NCBI GenBank assembly: GCA_000004695.1
Contig: CM000154.2
Span: 3,616,001-3,680,000, forward strand
Source: Dictyostelium discoideum
Taxonomy: Eukaryota
Direction of reading: 5' to 3'
Length of the DNA stretch: 64,000 nt
A program made the position numbers and the translations under genes. The notes under the pieces were generated by a model. The model saw only the letters and a program-made list of their open reading frames with translations, ran no database searches and was not told the origin of the DNA. Position 1 is the stretch's first letter; the number at the start of each line of letters is the position of its first letter. Below are positions 25,372 to 37,910 of this stretch, in pieces.

Positions 25372-26811
25372 TAACAAACATATGTCATTCTTTAAAAGTT
25401 TTTAAATAAAATTAAAAAAAAACCGTCATTAAATTATTCATTTAGAAAATTTCTGCAACTGTCCCAACAGAACCAGTCCTTGTTTTATTAAACTATTACC
25501 ATATATCTAATTCAATTATACATAGATTTTATTATCAAAAAAAAAAAAAAAAAAAAATCTTTTTTTATTTTTTTCACCCATTTACTTAAGTTGTAGTCAT
25601 ATTTTTTATTTATTTAATTTTAGTTTTATTATTTTTTCTAATAATTTTGAAGATTTTCCTCTTTTTATTTTTATTATTTATTTTCATCATTTAATAATAC
25701 TTGGTAAATATCAATATTATAGATTATTTCATTTGAAGCAACCATTTTCCAAACTCTAAAACCAAATTTTTTATTAAGGTAAATATTGAGCAGAAGCATT
25801 ATTGCACTGGAAAAAAAAATTCAAAACATAATATTATTTTGTAAATACTAATGATTTAATAATCATTTAATAATCATTTATTTATAATTTTAATATTAAA
25901 AAAATAATCCTGATAATAAAATTTTAATAAAAAAGAATTAATTAATATTTATTAGAAATTAATATTTATTAAAAATTAGTAAATAATTTTAATATATTAA
26001 AAAAAATAATTTTTTATTAATTTTTAATTGATTTTTTATATTCATAAAAGAGTTTAATAAATGAAAATTCGCAATAGATGAAGCCACATTGGAATTAATT
26101 GGTCTTTTACGAATATTTTTATTTAGTTGTCCTATGATATCATACCTTTACATAATGGCAATATTAATCTGTCAGGATTTTTACTAACTAAATTTGTGTT
26201 CATTGTTGTGCTAAAAAAGCCATATTATTTTTTCACCTAAATTTTTTTTTTTTTTTTTTTTTTTTATTTTCCTATATAAATTAAAGTTAACATATAATAA
26301 AAAAAGAGAATATCGAGTAGAAAAAAAAAAGAAAAAAAAAAAAGTTATAAATAAAAGAGAAATTAAGTGTAATAATTTATTAATTTAAGATAAAAGATTT
26401 TTCGATTATATTATATAAATATTATAATATTTATAAAGATTTTTCAATTATATAAAATAATAATTATATAATTTTATAACAAAAAAAAAATAAAAAAAAT
26501 CTTTTTTTTTTTTTTTTGTTTAACGAATTTTATTTGGTAGTTAATAATTAGTTTATAATCAAATAATTAAAATTTACTTACTTGGCGAAAAAAAATGGTG
26601 GGAAGATGGAATTACAAATCAGCATTAAAATCTCAAATTTACACTGAGTGATGGCGGCTGTATAAAATTAAAATAGTCATTTACTACCTCTAATATCAAT
26701 ATTAGAACAAAAAAAAAAAAAAAAAAATAAAATAAAATATTATAAAATAGAATAAAATAATTATGGAGGTGTTAAAATTTAGTCAAAAATGTCATCACAA
26801 GGATTTTTATT

Positions 26812-28272
26812 TTATATGTTTACTATTTTGACATTTACAGGGACGAAAGAATAAATTAATTTTTTACAACTTTTATAAATATAGACATTATTTAATGTAT
26901 TAGGAATTGAATCAATAATTAATTCTTGTTTTATATCACCTATATGTAACTCTTTAACCCATTCTGGTATTATACCTTTGGTTAATTTTTGATTGAATCC
27001 ATCTAATAACCTAACAGTTGTTACAGTATTAGGAATTGAATCGATTATTAGTTCTTGTTTTATATCATCTATATACAACTCTTTAACACTTTCTGGTATT
27101 ATACCTTTGGTTAATTTTTGATTGAATCCATCTAATAACCTAACAGTTGTTACAGTATTAGGAATTGAATCGATTATTAATTCTTGTTTTATATCACCTA
27201 AACATAACCCTTTAACCCATTCTGGTATTATACCTTTGGTTAATTTTTGATTGAATCCATCACATAAAATAACAGTTGTTACAGTATTAGGAATTGAATC
27301 AATTATTAATTCTTGTTTTATATCTCTTATATACAACTCTTTAACACCTTCTGGTATTATACCTTTGGTTAATTTTTGATTGAATCCATCACATAACCTA
27401 ACAGTTGTTACAGTATTAGGAATTGAATCAATAATTAATTCTTGTTTTAAATTACCTATATACAACTCTTTAACACCTTCTGGTATTATACCTTTGGTTA
27501 ATTTTTGATTGAATCCATCACATAAAGTAATAGTTGTTACAGTATTAGGAATTGAATCAATAATTAGTTCTTGTTTTATATTACCTATATGTAACTCTTT
27601 AACACTTTCTGGTATAATACCTTTGGTTAATTTTTGATTGAATCCATCTAATAACCTAACACGTGTTACAGTATTAGGAATTGAATCAATTATTAATTCT
27701 TGTTTTATATCACCTATATACAACACTTTAACACCTTCTGGTATTATACCTTTGGTTAATTTTTGATTGAATCCATCACATAAAATAACAGTTGTTAGAG
27801 TACTAGGAATTGAATCAATTATTAATTCTTGTTTTATATCACCTAAACGTAACTCTTTAACACCTTCTGGTATTATACCTTTGGTTAATTTTTGATTGAA
27901 TCCATACCATAAACCAACGGTTGTTACAGTATTAGGAATTGAATCAATTATTAATTCTTGTTTTATATCACCTATATACAACACTTTAACACCTTCTGGT
28001 ATTATACCTTTGGTTAATTTTTGATTGAATCCACTTAGAAGCAAAACGTTGTTTGGTAATTTCTTTAGTTTTGATAAAATGTTACAATTGTCTTTGAATG
28101 CTAAACTTTCAAAATCATCAGTCAAAAAGGATGATTCATCACTCTCTGAATATATATAAAAATTGTGATTCAATACTAAAAACAAAGAATTAGTATTTTT
28201 TGTTTTATTAGACTTATTAATTTGAGTCTAACTTACTTTTAATGAATTCATTTTTATTATTTGAGTTATTTA

Positions 28273-28329
<57 letters not shown>

Positions 28330-29107
28330 TATAATCAATAGCATCATTAGGAATATCACCAAAAGAGTATATCGATTTAAAACTATTTTTAATATTATTA
28401 ATTGTTTGATTATCGAATTTTAAGATTTGATTATTATATTCTTTTAGTTTTGTTAAATTATTGATATTATTGCTATTTTTTAATATTAATAATGAGTTTT
28501 GATATTGTTTAATTAATTCAATAGTATCTGTATCAATTTGATAGCAATCATCATTGTCGTCATTATCTTGTTGATTATTAATTTGTGTAAAATAATTTAA
28601 TTTATCAATAATTGAATTATTATTATTATTTAAAATTGTTGAAATGATTTTATTATCATTGTTGATTGAAGAAGTTATAATTGTATTTATCAATATATTT
28701 TGATCTAAGTTTGTTGATAGTTGTTTTTCGATATCCAATTCAACAAATGAAAGTATATTGTGAATTTGTTTAAATTCATTTTTTAATAAATTATTATTAT
28801 CATCATTTTGTGATTGAATTTCTTTGAAAGTTTCATTTGATTCTTTTAATAATATTTGATCATTTTCTTTTCTTTCAATTAATTTTGGATAGATATTATC
28901 TTTAAAATCATTAATTAATGAATGAATATTTGATGCTGATGATTCTAATGAATCAGTTTTATGACCATGATGTTCACCTTTACGAGACGTACAAAGACTG
29001 CAACATGGCATAAATTTACAATCCAAACATAAAAATTCTAAATTTTTATTTGGATGAAGTGTACACCTATTTTGATTATTTATAATTATATCTTCACTTT
29101 CTTTCAT
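26812..29107 (-). CDS. B-box zinc-finger / coiled-coil / FNIP-repeat protein (paralog A, intact); 2 exons
   Basis: complement(join(26812..28175, 28237..29107)). Exon 1: [51 protein letters not shown] (B-box-like C-x2-H...C-x2-C...H-x2-H), then helical and Asn-rich regions, ending at donor AAAA|GTAAGT. Acceptor ttttag|TATTGAAT (phase 1) leads into about eleven 39-aa FNIP repeats ([39 protein letters not shown]). The FYIY block after the splice is conserved among paralogs. Confidence 0.8.
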
Positions 29108-29344
29108 TTTGTGTGCTATTTTGTTTTGAGTTTAAAAAAAAAAAAAAAAAATTTGATAATTTAATTTTAAAAAAAAAAAAAATAAAAAAAAATAAAAATA
29201 AAAATAGGTGCCAAAAAAAAGTTTGTGTTATTTTGATAACTTAAAATTTTAAAAAAAAAAAATAAAAATAAAAATAAAAAAAATTCTTTTTTGTAATATC
29301 ACCACTTCATATCCTTAAAATTCTTATGTGGCATTAATTATTTA

Positions 29345-30754
<1,410 letters not shown>

Positions 30755-30959
30755 TTTGGTTTGAATTTTAAAAAAAAAAAATTGATATTCAATCAAACCC
30801 CACACATTTTTTTTTAATAACTTAATTTTTTTAAAAAAAAAAAAAACTCAAATTTAGAATGACAAAAAATTTCCCAATTACATAAACAATATTATAAACA
30901 GGTACAAAAATACATCCTTTATTAATATCAATAGCTCCTTAAAAAACCTAGATTTTCAC

Positions 30960-31380
30960 ATCATGATTAAAACATTTGAGATATTTAAATTTAATTTGTA
31001 TTTTCTATATCAATATATTCTAAAAATAACTTTAAATATAATTTATCCAATGTAATTGCATTGACTGCATGTTTAGTTGAACTGTATGCTGAATAATTTT
31101 ACATATTATCCAAACCCATTTCATCAGATGAAATGTTAATTGTTAAACCTGATTTTTGATTTCTAATGTATGGTGTTGAATTTCGAAGTAAATCTTTCTA
31201 ATTTGAGTATCTGATAATTCTTCAATTGCACCAACTAAACCATAACCAGCATTATTAACCAATACATCAATTCTGCTAAATTGTCTAATTGTCTCTTCAA
31301 CTGCATTCTTTACCACTTGATTTTCCAGTGATTAACCAAATTTTATTATTATTTCGATTGAGTCCATTTTAATTTATATT
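30960..31380 (-). pseudogene. Decayed short-chain dehydrogenase/reductase (SDR) gene fragment
   Basis: Minus-strand translation in shifting frames gives MDSIEIIIKFG*, ...VEETIRQFSRIDVLVNNAGYGLVGAIEELSDTQIRKIYFEI... and ...YSAYSSTKHAVNAITLDKLY.... These are SDR hallmarks (NNAG, catalytic YxxxK as YSSTKHAV), broken by stops and frameshifts with a collapsed Rossmann N-terminal segment. Confidence 0.55.
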
Positions 31381-31627
31381 TATTTATATTTATTTTTATA
31401 TTTTATATTATTTATTTTAATGATTATAAAAAAAATAACAACAACAACAAATCAAAGAAAAAAAAATAAAATAATTTGATCAAATTATTTTATTTTTGAA
31501 AAAAAAAAAAAAAAAAGAAATTATTTTTAAATATTTAAAAATTTTAATTGTTATTATTATTATTATTATTAAATTATTATACATAAATATTTATTATTAT
31601 TAAATTATTATACATAAATATTTATTA

Positions 31628-32401
31628 TTATAAACTTTGTAAAAGTTTATTTAATTCTTCATCTTCAGTTTTAAATGTTGAAGTTTTAGAAGAATAAGGT
31701 AAATCTTTTTGAGCTACAGAAGGCATTTTTTGATAATTATCTAAACAAACTTCATCAACAACCTTTGAGAGGATATCATCTGCTTCTTCATCTACTTCAT
31801 CATCTTCAAACATATCTTGCATCATTTCTTCGGTCATTTCAACACGTTGTGTTTGTTTTTCATATTCCATCATTGTCTTTTGTAATTGTACTAAATCGGT
31901 TTGTTTATTCATTGTTGACATTGCTTTAGTGGCAGATGCCATTGCATTTGCCATTGTTTGATTTGCTTTAATTGTTGTGGTTTTAGTCGATACTGCCGAT
32001 AATGTAGTTTTAGTTGCTCTCATTCTCTCCATTTGACCTCTTAACTTTACTAAATCATTTGCCATCCTTTTTGCTTCATCATTTCTACCTGCTTTTGCTA
32101 ATTGTTTAATTTTACCTATATATTCTTGTTCAACTATTTTTAATCTATTTAATTCTCTATCCATTTCTCTTTGTCCTTTTGATAATTCTCTTTTACTATC
32201 TTTTAACTCCTCTTTTTTTTTTTTAAAAAAAAAAAATAAAAAATAAAAAATAAAAAATTGGTTATTTAAAATTAAAATTATAAAAATAAAGAGTAATTAG
32301 TATAAATAATTAATTAATGTTATTTTTGTTTCCATTAATGAAAAATGAGAAGAGTAATACAAACGTTCTGGAGTCTTTTTATTACCGCCAAAAAAACTCA
32401 T
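31628..32401 (-). CDS. ESCRT-III subunit CHMP2/Vps2 (Snf7 family); 2 exons, 206 aa
   Basis: complement(join(31628..32211, 32365..32401)). Exon 1 is ATGAGTTTTTTTGGCGGTAATAAAAAGACTCCAGAAC, giving MSFFGGNKKTPE plus 1 nt, with donor C|GTTTGT. Acceptor aaaaag|AGGAGTTA supplies 2 nt, so 37+584 = 621 nt = 207 codons. Product MSFFGGNKKTPEQELKDSKRELSKGQREMDRELNRLKIVEQEYIGKIKQLAKAGRNDEAKRMANDLVKLRGQMERM...NKQTDLVQLQKTMMEYEKQTQRVEMTEEMMQDMFEDDEVDEEADDILSKVVDEV...EDEELNKLLQSL. It is colinear with Vps2/CHMP2 (KTPEE.L, REL.RE, ...MEFEKQ...DE.DEEA.EIVNKVLDE..., C-terminal MIM-like helix). Confidence 0.8.
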
Positions 32402-32783
32402 TTTTATATTTTAAAAAAAAAAAAAAAAAAATTTATAACTATTTAGCTATATATGTATGAATTTATGTGTATATTAAATTTATTTAAAAAACAAAAACAA
32501 AAAAAAAAAAAAAAATAGTAAATTAATTTTTAAAATAAAAAAAAAAAAAAATAAGAAATTTTTTAAAAAAAAAAATAAAAAAAAAAAAAAATTGAAAATT
32601 TGGAAATATCTCGAAAAAACGGGAGGGTTAAATTATTGATTTTTTTTTTTTATATTTTTATTTTTTACTTCTTTTGGTGAAAAAAAAAAAAATGGTAAAA
32701 ATAAAATCTATTATTAATCTTTTTTTTTTTTTTTTTCTTATGATAAATTCAATTGATTTTTTTTTTTTTTTTATAATTTAGGA

Positions 32784-33103
32784 TTAAAGAAACCTATTGT
32801 TTTTATATTGGTTATCAAATATTTGATTTGTTGAAACAATACCTTTTTCAATATAATTCTTGGAATTTGAATCTAATTTATCAATTTCATATAAATAATT
32901 TATCATTATACCATAACTTTCATCAATTCTTTTCTCTGATTCATCAGCATCCCAATTTAATCTATAAATTGAAGCACCATTCTTTAAATGAAAATTACAA
33001 ACTGGGTCAAACACTCTATTCGGTTTACTTTTCTCTTTAAAAATATAACTTTTAAAAAAAAAAAAATAAAATAAAAAAAAAAAATAATTAATACTTGTAT
33101 TTT

Positions 33104-33143
<40 letters not shown>

Positions 33144-34227
33144 TTAATGCTAAAGATTGTAATTGTGGTTTAACTTCTTCTAAAGATGCTCTATCTTTAA
33201 TATGTTCAACGAATTTTGGATGATTTTTTGATAAATATTTTTTAAAACGTGGTAATGGTGAAAGAGTACAAAAATTCTTAATTTCAGGTTTATCCAATCG
33301 AATATATTCAACAGCTTTTGTAATTAATATATGACCTAAATTAACACCACCTAATCCTTTATGAAGTGATGAAATTGAATAGAATATTGCTGAATCAATA
33401 TTTAATGATGATGATGATGATGCTGATGATGATGTTGATGAACTATTATCATTATTATTATTTTCAATAATTTGCATATTATTTGGTATACCATTTGTAA
33501 AAGCAATATATAAAGACATTAAAGGCATGTTTGGTAAAAGTGGATGAAATAAAACTAAACATGTTCTATTTTTACCAGTTCTTTGTTTAATTTCATCTAT
33601 TGGATTCAAAGGATTTTCATATGGATGTACTGCTTCATTATCAACTATTTGTCTCCAAATTTTTGGTTCCATCTTTTCTATATCTAATGGTTTACAATAT
33701 AATCTATGATGACTTTTTAAATTCTCTTTAATTAATTCACCTAATAATGTATCGAATGAATATAATTGTTCACCTAATCTATTTGTATTGGTTGTAGTAT
33801 TAGTAGTAGAAGTAGTTGTAGGTTGACAATTATATTTCTCTAAATCATCTCTAATTTTAATAAAGCTTTCTAATATATCTGATGAAATTGGCGAAATATT
33901 AATATTTCTAATCTCTTCTTTTGAAATTTTATTATCACTTAGTTGTGAATCTAATACAAATGATTCAATTAATTTCTTTTTTTGTTCTAAACTGTAATTT
34001 GAAGACTTATAAATATAATCTTTAAAAAATTTATTAATTTCATCTTCATTCTTTTTATTATTATTATTTTTATTATTATTATTAAGTAATGTTGAAAAAT
34101 GCATTCTAGGTTTATTGTTAAAGTTAAAGTTATTGTTATTGTTATAAATAATATTTATATTTTGTTTATTACTATAATTTAAAAAATTATTAAAATGTTT
34201 TAAAATAATATTATTTCTTGCTAACAT
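32784..34227 (-). CDS. Malonyl-CoA decarboxylase (MCD family); 2 exons, 438 aa
   Basis: complement(join(32784..33015, 33143..34227)). Donor TTAAA|GTAAAA at 33142 (phase 2) and acceptor ccgaatag|AGTGTTTGAC at 33016, a 127-bp intron. 1085+232 = 1317 nt = 439 codons. MCD catalytic-domain signatures: AIFYSISSLHKGLGGVNLGHILITKAVEYIR...FCTLSPLPRFKKYL. C-terminal exon: VFDPVCNFHLKNGASIYRLNWDADESEKRIDESYGIMINYLY, matching the MCD ...NPVANFHLQNGA..WRINW.AD...G...G.M.NY.Y tail. N-terminus MLARNNIILKHFNNFL may be a targeting sequence. Confidence 0.8.
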
Positions 34228-34992
34228 TTTTATTTTTTTTTTATTTTTTTTTTTATTTTATTTTATTTTACTTGTGTTTTGTATTTGGTTTATTTTTAAC
34301 TTTTTTTTTTTTATTTGTTTTAAATTTTTTTTATTTTTATTTCTGTTCGGTGAATGAGATCTCAATTAATTAAAGTCTTTTCAAAATTCCCACCACTTTT
34401 TTTTTTTTTTTTTTTTTTTTAATTTTTTTTTTTATTTTTAATTTTTTATTTTTTTTTTTATTTTTTAAATAAATTATTTTATGGGTCAAAATTGTAAAAA
34501 AAAAAATTAAAAAAGGAAATAATTATTTATTTACCCAAAAAAAAAAAAAAAAAGGGATAAAATTTTTCTCAAATTTATTTTGTGTGACTAAAAATAGTTT
34601 GGAAAAAAAAAAAAAATTATTTCAATCAAAACTAATTTTCTTGGATGACATCATAAATACTAATTTGAAAAAAAAAAAAAAAAAATAAAATAAAAAAATA
34701 AAATAAAAAAATTGAAAAAAAAAAAAAAAACCTAATCGATTAAAAAAAATAATAATAAAATAAAAAATAAAAATAAAATAAAATAAAATAAAAACTTAGC
34801 CTTGAAGGCTTCGCTTGAATGTCAACTTATAACAAGGCTATTGCCAACTTATAACAAGGTTATGTCAACGGTTAATATTTCCAACCTTTTTTTTTTTTTT
34901 TTTTTTTTTTATATTTTTTTTTAATTTTTAATTTTTTTATTTTTTTTTTTTAATTTTTTAATTTTTTTTTTTCATAAAAATTTTTGGGCCAT

Positions 34993-35023
<31 letters not shown>

Positions 35024-35510
35024 CAAAATAAATACCAGTACAGTTATAATATTACAACACAAATTAAAAGTAGATATTTATCAATAAAAGTTTTTATAAT
35101 AAATTCCCTTTCTCTCTCTCTTTCTTTATTTCTCTCTTCTCTCATCAACTAAAACTTTTCACACATAATAAAACCACACCCACACACATGACCCACACAC
35201 AACAATTCAATTTTTTAATGAATTTTTAAACCACATATGTAACAAACAACACAAATTTATAAATAAAAATACATACTTACATTTTAAATTTTTTAAAAAA
35301 AAAAATTCATTTTTATTTTTTATTTTTTTTATTTTTTTATTTTTTTTTTTTATAGATAATTATTTTAGTGGGATATTAAAAAGAGTTTTTATATTTATTA
35401 AATAATAATATATATAAAAAAAAAAAAAAAAACAAATCAATTTTTCAATTTATAGCGAATTTAAATTAAAAAAAAGAATAAATACATAAATATATAAATA
35501 TATAAATAAA

Positions 35511-36395
35511 ATGTTAATTAGAGAATTTCGTGTTGTTTTACCACTTACAGTTGAAGAATATCGTGTTGGTCAATTATATTCAGTAGCAAAAACCAGTTCA
35601 CAAGAAACCTCAAATGGTGAAGGTGTTGAAGTTTTAGTTAATGAACCATACAAGGAACCAGAACATGAAGGTCAATACACTCATAAAATATATCATCTTG
35701 GTTCACGTCTTCCAGGTTGGATTAGAGCTCTCATTCCATCATCTGCTTTAAAATTAGAAGAAAAAGCTTGGAATGCTTATCCATATTGTAAAACCGTTTT
35801 AAAAAGTCCATTTTTAGGTGAAAAATTCACTTTTATCATTGAATCTCGTCATGCTCAAGATAATTGTAAAACTGAAAATGTAATTATTTTTTTTTCATTT
35901 TTTTTTCAATACACACAACACACACGCATACACTTTCAACATATATATTAATTTTATTTATCTATTTAGATTCATAACCTTTCAGAAAAAGAATTAAAAG
36001 AAAGAACAGTTGAAGTTATTGATATTACAAAACCAATTAAAGATCCAAAAAATTATAAAGAGACTGAAGATCCAACAAAAATCAGATCAGAGAAAGCAAA
36101 CCGTGGTCCATTAGAAGAGGAGAAATGGAGAGAAAGTACAGAAATGCCAATTATGACATGTTACAAATTAGTCACTGTCGAATTTAAATATTTTGGATTC
36201 CAAACTAAAGTTGAAAACTTTATGATGGGTATTGAATTTGATCTCTTCACCAAATTCCATAGACAAGTCTATTGTTGGTTAGATGAATGGTTCGGAATGT
36301 CAATGGATGACGTTAGAGCTTTCGAATTAAAAACTAAAGAAGATCTTAAAAAGAAATTAGAAGAAAAAGATGAAAATAAAGCCGCCGAAAAATAA
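35511..36395 (+). CDS. Phosphatidylinositol transfer protein (class I PITP alpha/beta type); 2 exons, 264 aa
   Basis: join(35511..35879, 35970..36395). Donor AAT|GTAATT and acceptor tatttag|ATTCATAAC give a 90-bp phase-0 intron. MLIREFRVVLPLTVEEYRVGQLYSVAKTSSQETSNGEGVEVLVNEPYKEPEHEGQYTHKIYHLGSRLPGWIRALIPSSALKLEEKAWNAYPYCKTV... is colinear with PITP (MLIKEYRI.LP.TVEEY.I.QLY......GEGVE.L.N.PY......GQYTHK.YH.......W.R.L.P..AL...E..WNAYPY.). Second exon: ...CYKLVTVEFKYFGFQTKVENF...QVYCWLDEWFGMSMDDVRAFE. Confidence 0.85.
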
Positions 36396-36539
36396 ATAAA
36401 TAAATTTAATAAATATTTATTTTTATTTATAAAATAATAATAATAATAATAAACAAATAAAACAAAATAAAATAAAAAATAAAAACTTAGTCCTCCCCCT
36501 AAAAAAAAATATGAAAAAAAACAAATAAATAATTAACTC

Positions 36540-36570
<31 letters not shown>

Positions 36571-36593
36571 ATAAATTAAAAATTAAAATTAAT

Positions 36594-37029
36594 TTATTCT
36601 TGTGATTCAGAATCACCAATGTTGAAGTATCTGAGTTCGTATGTATTTTTGGTGGTGGCAACAACACGTAAGAAATCTCTGATTTGTTTGAATTTTAAGA
36701 ATTTCTTTGTTAAATATTTGAGGTATCTCTTTGAGAATGGGATGGTGGTGTTGATGATGATCTTTGATTTATCTTTTGAGATAACAACATTTGAACCGAG
36801 GTTACTAACTTTGTTGTCAACTTTGATTCTGTCGTGTAAGTACTTTTCGAAAGCAGCAACATCAACGATTTTACCAGCTGGAGCGGTACAATCAATGACG
36901 AATTTATGAGATTTCTTTACGACGGTTTTCTATAAAAAAATTTATAAGAAATTCATAATTAGTTTATTTTATCCAACAAAAAAATATAAACTACTAATTT
37001 TAATAACTACTTACTTGGACGTTTGGCAT
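36594..37029 (-). CDS. rpl22: 60S ribosomal protein L22e; 2 exons, 116 aa
   Basis: complement(join(36594..36929, 37015..37029)). Exon 1 is ATGCCAAACGTCCAA|GTAAGT (MPNVQ). Acceptor tttatag|AAAACCGTC. Product MPNVQKTVVKKSHKFVIDCTAPAGKIVDVAAFEKYLHDRIKVDNKVSNLGSNVVISKDKSKIIINTTIPFSKRYLKYLTKKFLKFKQIRDFLRVVATTKNTYELRYFNIGDSESQE* closely matches eL22 (F.LDCT.P..DGI.D...FE.FL.ERIKV.GK.GNLG..V.I.R.KSKI.V....PFSKRYLKYLTKKYLKK..LRDWLRVVA..K..YELRYF). Codon usage is GC-richer than surroundings, typical of highly expressed genes. Confidence 0.9.
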
Positions 37030-37910
37030 TGTTATATTTACGAGATGAAATGGTCACACTAAAAAAAAAAAAAAATAAAAAAAAATAAAAAAAATTTTTG
37101 GCAATCGAAAAAAAAAAAAAAAAATAAAAAGTGAAAAATAAAAATAAAAATCCTTTAAAATTTACTTTATCTGATCAATTGATGTGCATTTTTTTTTTTT
37201 TTTTTTCTTTCTTTCTTTACAAAGTTTTAATGTTTCTATTACTCTTATTTCTAAATATAGAAAATATTGTAAAAATGAAGTGGAATTAACAAAATATTAA
37301 TAAACGTTTTTCTCGGGAAAATTATAGAAAATAATTGGTTTTATAATCTTTTAATATATAATCTTAATTTAATCTTAAAATGGTGGTGACTTGTAAAATT
37401 ACGTTTTTTTAAACACGAATAAATTTAATAAAACAAAATAAATAAAAACAAATAAAAAAAATAAGAAAACAAAAAGATGTATTTATTTTTTATTTTTTAT
37501 TTTTTATTTTTTTACTTTTTTAAAATTATTATTATTATTATTTTATTTAAATGATATTATGTATAAATACCCCCAAATTTTAATTTTTAATTTTTATTTT
37601 TTTATTTTTATTTTTTTTTGATTTAATAATAACCTAATCTCTATTTGAATATCTTGGAAGTTTGGCTCTTTTTTCCTCCTAATTATTTATAATAAAAATA
37701 AAAATAAAAAAGAAGTTAATAAGTTTAGTAGTTTTTTTTATTTCCCAAATAAAATGGAAAAAAATAAAAAAATATAAAAAAAAAAAAAAGAAAAGAAAAA
37801 ATTGGTAATCAAACCTATTAGTATTTTCCTTTTTCATTCATTCACTTTTTTTTCTATTTTTATTTGTTTCTTATTTTTTTGTTTTGATTTATCCTTTTTC
37901 TTTTTTTTTT

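Noticed and set aside
32784-33040. ORF 32828..33040 (+) antisense to the MCD terminal exon, and treating 32784..33014 (-) as a separate small gene
   Set aside because: 32784..33014 is the conserved C-terminal exon of malonyl-CoA decarboxylase, joined by a 127-bp intron with the correct phase. The plus-strand ORF is its antisense.
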